A DNA stretch of 62,291 nucleotides from a virus (taxonomy: Duplodnaviria; Caudoviricetes): IMG/VR virus record IMGVR_UViG_3300006750_000007, positions 1-62,291 of that record; one strand, 5' to 3'. Shown here one piece after another: positions 61,447 through 62,291 of this stretch. Each line of letters opens with the position of its first letter. Position 1 is the first letter of the stretch. The notes beneath the pieces were generated by a model. That model had not been told where the DNA came from, did not search any database, and was given only the letters and a program-made list of their open reading frames with translations. A program made the position numbers and the translations under genes.

Positions 61447-61489
61447 CTTTGTTTTGGTTTAGTGTGGTTTATTTCTTTGTTATATTTAA

Positions 61490-61723
61490 TCATTCACTTG
61501 GGTACATTGTATTATCAAAAGAATTAAGTAAAGTTTTAGCTAACTCAATAGTTTCTTCCTCTGTTAATTGTATGTAGCCATCAGAGTTGCTTACTGTTAA
61601 TTGCAACATCCTACCTTTTTCTGCACCACCCCAAAACCTTGTTAAACTCATAGTAGTTTCTATTCTTTCAGTGCTTAATTCTGATTCTTTTATTCCTTTT
61701 AATGTTTCTATGTGTGTACTCAT
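61490..61723 (-). CDS. hypothetical protein (cassette-like gene)
   Basis: 77 aa; LTRFWGG..KGRMLQLT. Confidence 0.7.
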   Translation of the reverse strand: MSTHIETLKGIKESELSTERIETTMSLTRFWGGAEKGRMLQLTVSNSDGYIQLTEEETIELAKTLLNSFDNTMYPSE

Positions 61724-61753
61724 AATTTATAATTTTTTAAATCGTTCATAACT

Positions 61754-61812
61754 AAAATATAACAACGTGTATAGCACATTAAAACGATGCCATACACAAT
61801 GCGTTAGCATTA
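61754..61812 (-). repeat. attC-like imperfect palindrome 1
   Basis: minus strand TAATGCTAAC-gcatt-GTGTATGGCA-tcgttttaatg-TGCTATACAC-gtt-GTTATATTTT, immediately after a stop codon. Confidence 0.7.
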
Positions 61813-61815
61813 ATA

Positions 61816-62097
61816 CTACGTCCATAGTGCTAATCTAATTTTCATCAACCTATTAAGCATTTCATTGTCTTCATCATCATTATCAAATGAATCATCATTT
61901 TTACGCTTAACCCACCATTTGTAAAGTAACCTTACTTCATCTACAAAGTCCTTGTATGCTTCATAATCGCAATGGGTGTCAACATTTTCTTTTTCAACGC
62001 AATCTTGTAATATCTGAAAACAAGCGTGTAGCATTATGTGGTCTCTATCAACCCATTGCTTTGCGTTTGGTAAGCTATCAATCTTTAGTATTCTCAT
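61816..62097 (-). CDS. hypothetical protein (cassette-like gene)
   Basis: 93 aa; WVDRDHIMLHACFQIL...LYKWW...LWT. Confidence 0.75.
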   Translation of the reverse strand: MRILKIDSLPNAKQWVDRDHIMLHACFQILQDCVEKENVDTHCDYEAYKDFVDEVRLLYKWWVKRKNDDSFDNDDEDNEMLNRLMKIRLALWT

Positions 62098-62122
62098 AAT
62101 CTGTTTTTAAAATAATCCGTAC

Positions 62123-62180
62123 TAATGCTAACAATATGTAACAGCCATTAAAACGACCTGTTACACGGAGCATTATATGC
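62123..62180 (-). repeat. attC-like imperfect palindrome 2
   Basis: minus strand GCATATAAT-gctccg-TGTAACAG-gtcgttttaatgg-CTGTTACA-tatt-GTTAGCATTA. Confidence 0.65.
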
Positions 62181-62291
62181 AATTTTGCATTTTATCCTCC
62201 CAATATTTTTTTCTTTTATAATGATAATAACCAATAGGTGAAAAATGTATTCCATCTTCATCCCATTTAGTATTAGCATCCTCCATTATAA
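62173..62291 (-). CDS. 3' end of a gene probably starting beyond the window
   Basis: open frame ...MEDANTKWDEDGIHFSPIGYYHYKRKKYWEDKMQNCI*, stop inside palindrome 2. Confidence 0.5.
   Translation of the reverse strand, partial: IMEDANTKWDEDGIHFSPIGYYHYKRKKYWEDKMQNCI

Noticed and set aside
1-62291. tRNA or rRNA genes
   Set aside because: No cloverleaf or T-loop signature noticed in the short intergenic gaps; tRNAscan-SE would be needed to exclude them

Overview
AT-rich segment of a Crassvirales (crAss-like) bacteriophage genome. The host is probably in Bacteroidota: there is a perfect TTTG-N19-TAnnTTTG promoter, and translation starts are A-rich with no Shine-Dalgarno. The + strand (about 1-59 kb) carries the late module: small accessory genes, PD-(D/E)XK nuclease, HU/IHF-like gene, large terminase, portal, probable scaffold, major capsid protein, ring/auxiliary capsid/tail-hub/fibre genes, lysis cassette with CHAP endolysin, IHF-like, tail tubular and tail stabilization (muzzle) genes, cargo proteins, three giant ejected proteins (the middle one is the virion RNA polymerase with DFDID), and a metallophosphoesterase. 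A bidirectional terminator at 59.2 kb separates this from convergent small minus-strand genes. Translation follows the standard code. Most notable: (1) an in-frame array of five effector-like domains (ART-like x2, DUF4326-like, GNAT-like, unknown) inside the 2891-aa ejected protein, each bounded by a conserved 16-nt DNA repeat; (2) attC-like sites with cassette-end complementarity around small genes at the right end; (3) only four Cys in about 6600 aa of the three giant proteins, all at the termini that face each other. All family assignments are from motif recognition by eye, with no database searches.
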